From NCBI GenBank assembly GCA_011525805.1, contig WYBR01000070.1, positions 80,588 through 144,587 of the forward strand: a stretch of 64,000 nucleotides of DNA. Reading direction: 5' to 3'. The DNA comes from Vicinamibacteraceae bacterium (lineage in GTDB: Bacteria > Planctomycetota > Phycisphaerae > Phycisphaerales > UBA5793). Each line of letters begins with the position of its first letter. Position 1 is the first letter of the stretch. Below, piece by piece: positions 53,999-62,158 of the stretch. The position numbers and the translations under genes are program-made. Below the pieces are notes generated by a model. That model saw nothing but the letters and a program-made list of their open reading frames with translations, did no database searches and was not told the DNA's origin.

Positions 53999-56900
53999 CT
54001 ACGCTCCTCCCACCAATCGTCTCACGAACGATCCGATCCCGCGGCGCCGCTCGAAGGACTCGGTCGGGGCGGGCTGCGCGGTGCGGCGCACGAAAATGCG
54101 ACTCGAAAGCACGAGCAACTGCTCATCGCTCATCGCCGCGAAGCGGGCCGAGAGCAGAGGCCGGACCGCCGCCAGTTGCTCCCGCGTCCCCAGCAGGTTC
54201 TCATCCACGCGATCGATCGAGAACCCGGCGCGGCGGAAGTCCTCCACGAGTTCGTGCGAGCGCACTCGGTTGCCGTTCTCGTTGCGGCTGCGCAGGAAGA
54301 TGCGGCGATACTCCTCGTCGTCGTAACGGAGGAAGTCGTAGGGGCGGTCGAAGTTCTGGTGGTCGCGGAAATCGACCTGGTGAACGCCCAGGCCGCCGCC
54401 CCTTGTGAGACGCGCCAGTTCGCACGCGGTCAGGTACGTGTCGCCGACGTGTTCGAGCACGGCGTTGGAGACGATGACGTCAAACGAGCTGTCCGGCAGG
54501 TCGCTCGGCGGCGCGGCGAGGTCGCAGGCGTGCTGGGCGATCGTCTCTCTGAGGTGCCGCCCCGCGGCGACGATCGCGGCCAGCCCGTCCCACTTCGCGC
54601 GCGGCAGGCGCCTGGCCGCCGCCGCCCTCAGGCCCGCGTAGAAGCGCGGATGATACGACGGATCCCACTTCGCGAGATACTTGTCGAGCACCGCGACGCG
54701 CGCGCCCAGCGCCTGGCAGATGAGCATGCTGCCGAAGTTGCGCCCGGGGCCGAGTTCGAGCACGCTCAGGCCCGTGAGATCGGGAATGTCGTCAAGCACG
54801 GTCACCTTGGCGAAGTCGGGCAGTTCGCCGGAAAAGCGGCCGAAGTGCCGGCCGATGCAGTAGGCGTAGTCGATCGCGTTGCGCAGGCAGTAGCCGACCT
54901 GGTCGTTGAGGACGTCGGTGAACTCGTCGCCGTCGGTGCCCGCCGCGGCTGCGGCGGCCTCATCCGCGCGCGGCTGGGCGAAGACGCGCGCGATGGCGTC
55001 GTCGGCGCCCGCCCCCTGCTCCGCGCCGCTTCGCCGGACGAAGAAGCGGGCGCTGACGATCATCAACTGCTCATCGCCCATCGCGGCAAAACGGTCGATG
55101 AGGTGCGCCCGGACTTCGGCGAGATGCTCGGGCGAAGCGAACATGTTGGGCTCGACGCTCTCGACGACGAACCCCGCCGCGGCGAAGTCCGACGCCAGTT
55201 CGTGCGGGCGCACCCGGTTGCCCTGGCTGTTGCGCGATGTGAGAAACGTCTGCGCCGCGCTCTCTTCCGGAATGGTGAGGAAGGTCAGCGGACGATCCTG
55301 CGCGCGGTGGTCTCGGAAGTCGACCTGGTGGACGCCGACGCCGCCGGGCCGCGTCAGCCGCGCGAGTTCACCCGCCATCGCGGCCGTGTCGCCGATGTGC
55401 TCAAGCACGGCGTTGGAGACGATCGCGTCGAAGGAGGCGTCGTCGAAGGAGCAGGGAGGCTCGGCGAGGTCGCCGGCGGCGGCGCGGACGATCGACTCAT
55501 CGTGCCGCGACGCCCCGATGATCCGGTCGAGGCCCGACCAGTCGGCGTAGGGAAAGTGCGACTCGCACTCGCGCTTGAGGGCGCGATAGAAGTGGGGGTG
55601 ATACTTCGCGTCCCACTGCGCGAGGTACTTGTCGAAGACGGCGACCTGGGCGCCGCAGGCGCGGCAGAGGAGCATCGTGCCGAAGTTCGGCCCGGGGCCG
55701 AGTTCGAGAATCGACAGGCCACGCAGGTCCGGCAGCACGCCGTAGCGCTTGGAGTAGTGATCGCTCGACCCCGGCATCGCGCCGCGCCCGAACTGCTGCG
55801 CCACTGCCGAGGCGTAGTACACGCCGTTGACGATCGCGTAGCGCACGTGCTCGTCGAGGGCGCCCTCGACGGCCCAGCGGTCGTCGGTCAGGTCGATGGC
55901 CGCCACCTTCTTGGCGATCGGCCCCTCGCCGAGGCGCTTGAGAAAGAAGCGGCCGCTCACCACCGCCAGTTGCGCATCGCTCAGCGCGGCGAACCGGGGC
56001 TGCAACCGCGGCCGGACCTCGGCGAGGTGCTCGGCCGGCGCCCAGATGTTGGCGTCAAAGCGCCTTATCTCGAAGCCGCTGCGCCGGAAATCCTCCCCCA
56101 TCGCCTCGTGGCGCACCCGGTTGCCGTTGCCGTTCATCATCTCGTCAAAGAGCCGCCGGTACGCCTCGTCGGGCATGGTGAGGAACTCGAGCGGGCGCGA
56201 AAAGTCTCGGTGGTCGCGGAAGTCGACCTGGTGGATGTTGATCCCGCCCGGCGCGGTCAGGCGCGCCATCTCCGCCGCCGTTTTGGGAACGTCGCCCACG
56301 TGCTCGAGCACCGCGTTGGAGACGATCACGTCAAACGACGCGTCGGCATAGCCGCTGGGCGGCTCGGCGAGGTCGGTCCGATCCTGCGCGATGATGTCGG
56401 GCAGGTGGTCGGCTGCATTGATGATGCGGTCGAGCGAAGACCAGTCGCGCCGCGGCCACTTCGCCCCCACCGCCTCGCGCAGGAAGCGGTAGAAGCGCGG
56501 GTGATAGACCTCGTCCCAGTCGGCCAGGTACTTGTCGAGCACGGCGACGCGCGCGCCGAAGGCGTGGAGGATCAGCGGCGTGCCGAAGTGCCGGCCGGGG
56601 CCGAGTTCGAGCAGGCGCAGCCCCGCCACTGAATGGACACTATCGGCCCTCGACGTTGAACGGTCTCCGCGTCCATTCAATGGCGGGGCGAGCGGCATCG
56701 CCTCATCGCTGCGCCGGCCCAGTTCGCCGCAGATGAGTTGCACGTACTCATCCGCCACGCGCACGGCATACTCGACATCTTCGCGCACCTGCGCATCGGT
56801 GATCGCGCGGAGGTAGAAGCGGCCGCTGATGGGACGCAACTGCTCATCGCGCATCGCGGCAAAGCGCGGCGCCAGCCGAGGCCGCAGCGACGCCAGATAG

Positions 56901-57658
56901 CCCTCTTCGGCGAGCAGGTTCGGCCCGAAGTGCTCCACGCGGAATCCCACCTTGCGGAACAGGTCGCGCATCTCGTCGGGACGCAGCCGGTTGCCGCGCG
57001 TCCAGCGACCCGCCGCCCGCTCCTTCGCGACCGCTTCGTCCGCGAAGGTAAGGAACTCGAGTGGCCTGGCGTAGTCGCGCGAGTCACGGAAGTCGACCTG
57101 ATGGATGCCGAAGCCGTTGGGCCGGGTGATGCGGCACAACTCCGGCAGCAGGCTCGGCAGGTCCACCTGGTTGAGGATCGCGTTGCTCACGATGCAGTCG
57201 AACGAAGCGTCGTCGATCGCCAGCGGACCGGAGAGCGAGGCGATCGTGTGCAGCGCCAGCGCCGGCGATTCGTACGAACCGGCAGCGAGAACGTCATCGA
57301 TGAAGGACCAGTCGGCTTCGGGATACTCCTCCGCCCCGACGCGGGCCAGCGCGCGGAGACAGGCCGGGCTGCCCTCGCTCCACTTCACGAAGTGCGTATT
57401 GATCGCGGCGATCTCCGCGCCGAAGGCGCGGCAGACGAGCATCGGGCCGAAGCGATTCGGCGTGCCCAGTTCCGCGATGCGCAGCCCCGAGAGGTCGGGG
57501 AAAGGGTGCATCCGCCGCGCGAGGTGGTTCGCCATCGTCTTGGCGCACTCAAAGCCGTTGTCGATCGCGTATCGAACCTCCGCGAGCGCGGCGGGATCAA
57601 GGGGCGCATCGACGGCCAGAGCGTGGGTGGAAGCGTGGTGCATCGTCTGCGACATCAA
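53999..57658 (-). CDS. Tetra-modular SAM-dependent methyltransferase (four tandem paralogous MTase modules in one 1219-aa protein)
   Basis: Modules of about 290-315 aa repeat four times. The anchors are L(E/A)ELG(P/T)GxxFG (aa 63, 351, 652, 968), ASFD.IVSNA.L(E/N), HQVDFRD (aa 186, 476, 777, 1093), GNRxR..E....F...GF and RFAAM.DEQL...S.RFF..R. Confidence 0.8.
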   Translation of the reverse strand: MMSQTMHHASTHALAVDAPLDPAALAEVRYAIDNGFECAKTMANHLARRMHPFPDLSGLRIAELGTPNRFGPMLVCRAFGAEIAAINTHFVKWSEGSPACLRALARVGAEEYPEADWSFIDDVLAAGSYESPALALHTIASLSGPLAIDDASFDCIVSNAILNQVDLPSLLPELCRITRPNGFGIHQVDFRDSRDYARPLEFLTFADEAVAKERAAGRWTRGNRLRPDEMRDLFRKVGFRVEHFGPNLLAEEGYLASLRPRLAPRFAAMRDEQLRPISGRFYLRAITDAQVREDVEYAVRVADEYVQLICGELGRRSDEAMPLAPPLNGRGDRSTSRADSVHSVAGLRLLELGPGRHFGTPLILHAFGARVAVLDKYLADWDEVYHPRFYRFLREAVGAKWPRRDWSSLDRIINAADHLPDIIAQDRTDLAEPPSGYADASFDVIVSNAVLEHVGDVPKTAAEMARLTAPGGINIHQVDFRDHRDFSRPLEFLTMPDEAYRRLFDEMMNGNGNRVRHEAMGEDFRRSGFEIRRFDANIWAPAEHLAEVRPRLQPRFAALSDAQLAVVSGRFFLKRLGEGPIAKKVAAIDLTDDRWAVEGALDEHVRYAIVNGVYYASAVAQQFGRGAMPGSSDHYSKRYGVLPDLRGLSILELGPGPNFGTMLLCRACGAQVAVFDKYLAQWDAKYHPHFYRALKRECESHFPYADWSGLDRIIGASRHDESIVRAAAGDLAEPPCSFDDASFDAIVSNAVLEHIGDTAAMAGELARLTRPGGVGVHQVDFRDHRAQDRPLTFLTIPEESAAQTFLTSRNSQGNRVRPHELASDFAAAGFVVESVEPNMFASPEHLAEVRAHLIDRFAAMGDEQLMIVSARFFVRRSGAEQGAGADDAIARVFAQPRADEAAAAAAGTDGDEFTDVLNDQVGYCLRNAIDYAYCIGRHFGRFSGELPDFAKVTVLDDIPDLTGLSVLELGPGRNFGSMLICQALGARVAVLDKYLAKWDPSYHPRFYAGLRAAAARRLPRAKWDGLAAIVAAGRHLRETIAQHACDLAAPPSDLPDSSFDVIVSNAVLEHVGDTYLTACELARLTRGGGLGVHQVDFRDHQNFDRPYDFLRYDDEEYRRIFLRSRNENGNRVRSHELVEDFRRAGFSIDRVDENLLGTREQLAAVRPLLSARFAAMSDEQLLVLSSRIFVRRTAQPAPTESFERRRGIGSFVRRLVGGA

Positions 57659-57670
57659 GGTCTCCAGCGG

Positions 57671-59707
57671 TCAGGTGCGCACGGGTTGGGCGGCGATGGT
57701 GTGGATCGCGGGCGGGCCGTCGTCGCTCGCGGCCGGCGCTGCCTCGGCGCTTGGCGCGCGGCTGAGGGTCCGGGCGGGCGTTTCGATCCGCGCACCGCCG
57801 CCGCGCAGCGCCGTTTCGTAGACGCCGCAGGTCAGGTCCACCATCCGGTCGAGGTTGAAGCGATCATCGACGTACGCCTGCGCCGCGCGGCCGAAGCGCT
57901 CGCGCAGCCCGGAGTCCTGCAGGAGTTTCTGGAGGCTGATGACCAGCCCGGCCACGTCATCGACGCCGCAGACAAAGCCAGTCTCGCCGTGGGCGACGGC
58001 GTCGGGCGTGCCGCCGGCGTCGGTCGCGACCACGGGGATGCCGACGTGCTGGGCCTCGAGCGCGACGTTGGGACAGCCCTCGTAGCGGCTCGTGAGCAGC
58101 AGAACGTCAGCGGCGCTCATGATCTCGACGACGTTGTCCACGCGCCCCAGCAGGGCGATGTTCCGCGCCAGGCCACGCCGCGCGATGATGGCGCGGACGT
58201 CGGCCTCGAGCGGGCCGCTCCCCGCGACCGCGACGCGCAGGCCCGGCAGCCGTTCGCGAAGCAGGGCGATGACCTTGAGCATCAGTTCCGGCTGCTTCTC
58301 CTCATCGAGACGGTTGACGACCGCGACGACCGGCGCCTCGGGCGGCAGGCCCAGCCGCCGCCGCGCCGCGAGGCGCTGTGCCGGCGTCGGCCGGTCAAAG
58401 TGCTCGCGGAACAGGCCGTTGAACACGATGTGAAAGCGCGACTCGTCCAGCCCGACGTACTCGGCGTAACTCGCCGCGCCGCGATGCGAGTTGGCCATCC
58501 AGTGAATGCGCCGGCTCGGCGCCGCGACGCGGTACCAGTCCACGAAGGGCGAGTAAAAGCGCGGAAAGTGCGTCGGGTTGTAGTTGCGCGTGCTCAGGAT
58601 CACGCTGGGCACGCCCGCCGCGATCCCCGCCAGGCCCGCGATCACATTCGGATGATCGAGCCATGCGTGCAGCACGTCGGGCCGGTGCGCGGCGAGTTCG
58701 AGCGCGAGGTTGGCGACGTAGGAGCGAATCGCGTCCGGGGCCGCGGCGATGAGGTCCCACCGGACGCGCTCCAGCGCCGCGGCATCGACGCGCAGGCCGC
58801 TCCCGGCGCGCCGGGCGTCAACGCCCGCCCGGCTCAGCAGCGGCAGGTAGTGCCCATGCTGGCCGACGAGATCGTGCTGCGTGCGCACCAGGCACTCATG
58901 GCCGCGCTGCACCAGGCCCAGCGCGGTGTTGCACAATTGCCGCTCCGCCCCGCCGCTGTAGAGGCAACCGGTGTATTGAATGATGCGCAGAGGCCGCTCC
59001 GGAAGCGCCGCCGCCGGCTTGAACGAAGCGTTGTCGCGCTCGATGAACTGCCTCCACGCCGACTCGGCGTCGCCGCCGCGCTTCGACGCGATCGGATGCA
59101 CGATCACTTCGCCCTCGGGCAAGGCGGGCGCCGGCTCGGCGCGGCGCAGCCAGCGGCCCAGGCCCGCGGCGGCTTGCTCGTGGTCGATGAGCAGGCCGGG
59201 GAAAAGGCGGCGAAGCAGCGGCTTGATGCGCCGGCGCGCCAGCAGGTCGGCGAGCACCTCGGCCACGTGTACGCGCACCCAGCCGCGATCGTCGAGAAGC
59301 CACAGGTCCGTCACCCCGGCGCGGCGGAGCCACATCATCGCCTTGATGGAGAGATTGGCTCGCGACGTCGGAACGACCGCCGTCAACTCACCCGGCGGCA
59401 GCGGCGCCAGGCGCGTCAGCGACGGCAGCGGGCCGGAGACGTCCAGTCGCCACAGCGGCGCGTGGCTGCCGATCGGCCGCGCCCCGCACGCCGCCACCTG
59501 CGCCAGCACGAAGGCGCTGAAGAGATCGAGCCAGGGGCCGGCCGCCAGCGTGCCGGAATGCACCGCCACGCCGCCTTCGTCGTGCCACTGGCGCACCGCC
59601 AGCGCCAGCGCATCGAGGTCGGCCGCGCCGGCCATGCCGGCGGGGGACGGAACAGAGGCATCGGCGCCGCGGCCTTCAGGGCCGGCGATCGAGGGCGGAA
59701 GCGTCAC
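57671..59707 (-). CDS. GT4-family glycosyltransferase with an uncharacterised N-terminal extension of about 270 aa
   Basis: The C-terminal two-thirds has RIIQYTGCLYSGGAERQ...(GT-B N domain) and LLTSRYEGCPNVALEAQHVGIPVVATDAGGTPDAVAHGETGF (the EX7E-type GT4 motif). The GTG at 59707 overlaps the upstream stop (GTGA). An alternative ATG is at 59635. Confidence 0.75.
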   Translation of the reverse strand: MTLPPSIAGPEGRGADASVPSPAGMAGAADLDALALAVRQWHDEGGVAVHSGTLAAGPWLDLFSAFVLAQVAACGARPIGSHAPLWRLDVSGPLPSLTRLAPLPPGELTAVVPTSRANLSIKAMMWLRRAGVTDLWLLDDRGWVRVHVAEVLADLLARRRIKPLLRRLFPGLLIDHEQAAAGLGRWLRRAEPAPALPEGEVIVHPIASKRGGDAESAWRQFIERDNASFKPAAALPERPLRIIQYTGCLYSGGAERQLCNTALGLVQRGHECLVRTQHDLVGQHGHYLPLLSRAGVDARRAGSGLRVDAAALERVRWDLIAAAPDAIRSYVANLALELAAHRPDVLHAWLDHPNVIAGLAGIAAGVPSVILSTRNYNPTHFPRFYSPFVDWYRVAAPSRRIHWMANSHRGAASYAEYVGLDESRFHIVFNGLFREHFDRPTPAQRLAARRRLGLPPEAPVVAVVNRLDEEKQPELMLKVIALLRERLPGLRVAVAGSGPLEADVRAIIARRGLARNIALLGRVDNVVEIMSAADVLLLTSRYEGCPNVALEAQHVGIPVVATDAGGTPDAVAHGETGFVCGVDDVAGLVISLQKLLQDSGLRERFGRAAQAYVDDRFNLDRMVDLTCGVYETALRGGGARIETPARTLSRAPSAEAAPAASDDGPPAIHTIAAQPVRT

Positions 59708-61983
59708 GAGGCGGGACTCCCGTTGCGGTGGGGACTCACGGCCGGTCGGTCCAGGCCATCCTCCAGATCGTAGACCTTTCCCTCGACCGTCAAACACCGG
59801 CGATCGACCTGTTCGAGCGACTGTTCCAGCAGCGACTCGATCCGTCGGAGAAGTTGGCGCCGGTCGTCGTCGAGGCGGGCCGAGAGGCGGCTGATCTGGG
59901 CCGTCAGTTCCGTGTGCATCTGCTCGCGGCGGCGCTGCTCGGCCTCGCGCTCAGCGAGGTGTTCGGCCGCAGTGGTTTCAAGGCGCAGGCGGAGGCGCTC
60001 GTTTTCCGCGCTCAGCCCGGCCGCCCGCGCTTCCGCGGCAGCGAGGGCGGCGCGGCCTTCGGCGTCCTGCACTCGCAGCGATTCGAACCGGGCGGCCGCC
60101 TCGCGCAGCGCCGCTTCCTGTCGCGCCGCCTGCCCGCGCGCCGCTTCGAGATCGCGCGTCAGGTGCTCCAGGCGCTCCGCCAGGCGCTGCTCGCCGGACT
60201 GCCGCTCGGCGAGCGCCTGCTGCGCGGCCCGGAGTTCGCCGGCCGTCTCGCTTCGCTGCCGCTGCGCCTCGTTGAACACGTTGGCGTGGTGGTTGATCTC
60301 CTTGAGCCAGTTGGCCGCCTCGCGCTCGCGCTGGGCTCGGGCGGCCGCGAGTTCCGCGGCGATCGCCTCGACGGCCGCCTGCGTCTGGTCGAAGCGCTGC
60401 TGCAGCGCCGCGACCTGCTCGTCGGTCTTCACCCGGCCGCGCCACTGCTCCGTCTCGCGCTTCGCCGCTTCCAGACCCGCGTTCACCTCGTGCAACTGAC
60501 CCTCGAGGGCGTTGGCGCGGCTCCACCATTCGAATCGCTCCTCGCGCACGCGGCGCTGCAGCGCCGTTTCGTCGCGGCGAAGTTCGAGAATGCGATCGGA
60601 CTGGCTGGTATGGAGGCGAAGTTCCGACAGCAGCGCCGCGGCTTTCCTCGCTCGCAAGCGACCCTTGCCCCTCGCGCCGGCCTTGGCGCACACCGCCATG
60701 ATGACCTGCGGCCCCGCCGCCTCGACGGACCACGGCCGTTGAACCTCGAAACGGCCTCCTCCCGGCGCGCTTGAAGCCTCCTCCTCGAAAACGAGCGAGC
60801 CCGTAACGTCCGCCTGCCGCAGCCAGCGAATCGAATCGAAGCGATCGAGCCACTGCCCAAGTTCCTCGCGCGACGGGATGTGGAGGTGGAACGCGTTGCG
60901 GTGCTGGTTGATCCGGTCCCACGACGTCTCGAAATCTCGATCCGGCACGGAGATCAGCAGCAACCCGCCGGGCGAGAGCAGGCGATCAAACTCCGCGATC
61001 GCCTCGCGCTGGCCGCTGAGATGCTCGAGCGCTTCGAGGCAGACGATGAGATCGAAGGCGTCGTCATCGAAGGGGAGCGGTGTTTCGTTGAGATCCCACT
61101 GCACGAACTCCGCCCGTTCATCGTCACCGAGGCGCTCGCGGCCGAGCCTGATCGCCTCGGGCGATATGTCCAAATTGACGACGTGCTTGGCCCCCGCCTT
61201 GAGATACTCCTCCGCCCCGAGCCCCGCCCACCCGCCCGCGTCGAGCACGCGGCGGCCCTTCGCCAGCGCGGCGGCAATGTCCAGCCGCGCCCGGCAATGG
61301 GCCATGATCGTCGCATCGTCGAGCACCGGGTGGTCCGACATCGGCGCCGAAAGGCGCACGAGACTCAACCCCGCCAGCGCCGCTGCGGCAGCGGAATTGT
61401 CCGGCGGGCGCACGCCGAATCCCACGGCGACGGCGGCTTGTTCGATCCTCCGCAGCGCCGCCTCAACATCCGCATCGCTCTCGCGCGGCACGATCTCGAT
61501 CGACGAACTCCACTGCGTGCGCCCGTGGATCAGCCGGAGCATCGCCTCGGGGTCGCGGCCGAGGCGCGCGAGGCCGTCGAAGATGACGATCTCGACGGGC
61601 CCTTCGATCTGATCGGAGAGACCCTCGTCGGTCCCGTGGAGATACGCGAAGCCCCAGCGGCGGTGGTAGTTGTCGTGCTGGAGGCCGTCGAGGGGGTGGG
61701 TGAGGAGGCGCGGCTCGCGCTGAACGATGGCGTCGCGCAGCGCGGGCATCAGGGCGTCGTCGCGCGGCCGGACCCACGGCCGCTCATCGGGGCAGCACAC
61801 CTGCACCTGAGAGCCGGCGCAGGCAAACCACAGGCCCAGCGCGAGGTCGGCCGGCTCATCCTGGATGATGGTGAGGCGCTGCCACAGCGACCGCCCGCAG
61901 CCGCCCGGCCAGCGAGCAATGATCCCCTCCGCTCGACCGATGATGTTGCGGGCCGCTGCGCCGCTCTCCGGGCCAGCAGGCAT
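59704..61983 (-). CDS. Methyltransferase with an N-terminal unknown domain and a C-terminal coiled coil of about 280 aa (WbdD-like chain-terminator/ruler architecture)
   Basis: Class I MTase motifs are RVLDAGGWAGLGAEEY...VVNLDIS...DAFDLIVCLEALEHL...LLSPGGLLLISVP (aa about 235-350). From about aa 450 to 730 the sequence is continuous Ala/Arg/Glu/Gln/Leu-rich and heptad-like (ALQRRVREE...LEAAKRETEQW...LAERLEHLTRDLEAARGQAARQEAALREAAARFESL...). Confidence 0.75.
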   Translation of the reverse strand: MPAGPESGAAARNIIGRAEGIIARWPGGCGRSLWQRLTIIQDEPADLALGLWFACAGSQVQVCCPDERPWVRPRDDALMPALRDAIVQREPRLLTHPLDGLQHDNYHRRWGFAYLHGTDEGLSDQIEGPVEIVIFDGLARLGRDPEAMLRLIHGRTQWSSSIEIVPRESDADVEAALRRIEQAAVAVGFGVRPPDNSAAAAALAGLSLVRLSAPMSDHPVLDDATIMAHCRARLDIAAALAKGRRVLDAGGWAGLGAEEYLKAGAKHVVNLDISPEAIRLGRERLGDDERAEFVQWDLNETPLPFDDDAFDLIVCLEALEHLSGQREAIAEFDRLLSPGGLLLISVPDRDFETSWDRINQHRNAFHLHIPSREELGQWLDRFDSIRWLRQADVTGSLVFEEEASSAPGGGRFEVQRPWSVEAAGPQVIMAVCAKAGARGKGRLRARKAAALLSELRLHTSQSDRILELRRDETALQRRVREERFEWWSRANALEGQLHEVNAGLEAAKRETEQWRGRVKTDEQVAALQQRFDQTQAAVEAIAAELAAARAQREREAANWLKEINHHANVFNEAQRQRSETAGELRAAQQALAERQSGEQRLAERLEHLTRDLEAARGQAARQEAALREAAARFESLRVQDAEGRAALAAAEARAAGLSAENERLRLRLETTAAEHLAEREAEQRRREQMHTELTAQISRLSARLDDDRRQLLRRIESLLEQSLEQVDRRCLTVEGKVYDLEDGLDRPAVSPHRNGSPAS

Positions 61984-62158
61984 ATGGGTTCCCTTGCGGT
62001 CTGCTCCGCTTTTCCCAGCCGAATCTAAGGATTCCGTCGCCGGCCAGTCAACACGAACCCGGCGAAAGTGGACATCCGCCGCCAGCGCGTCATGATGCTG
62101 GGAAAGGGGCCCTCGCCCCGGACCGCCCCGTGGACACGATCTGAGGAGGTTCCCTTCG

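Noticed and set aside
54176-59773. Two long plus-strand ORFs (54176-56632 and 56738-59773)
   Set aside because: They are antisense to the tetra-modular methyltransferase and the GT4 gene. Their repeated peptides simply mirror the fourfold repeat of the real gene, and they have no motifs of their own.
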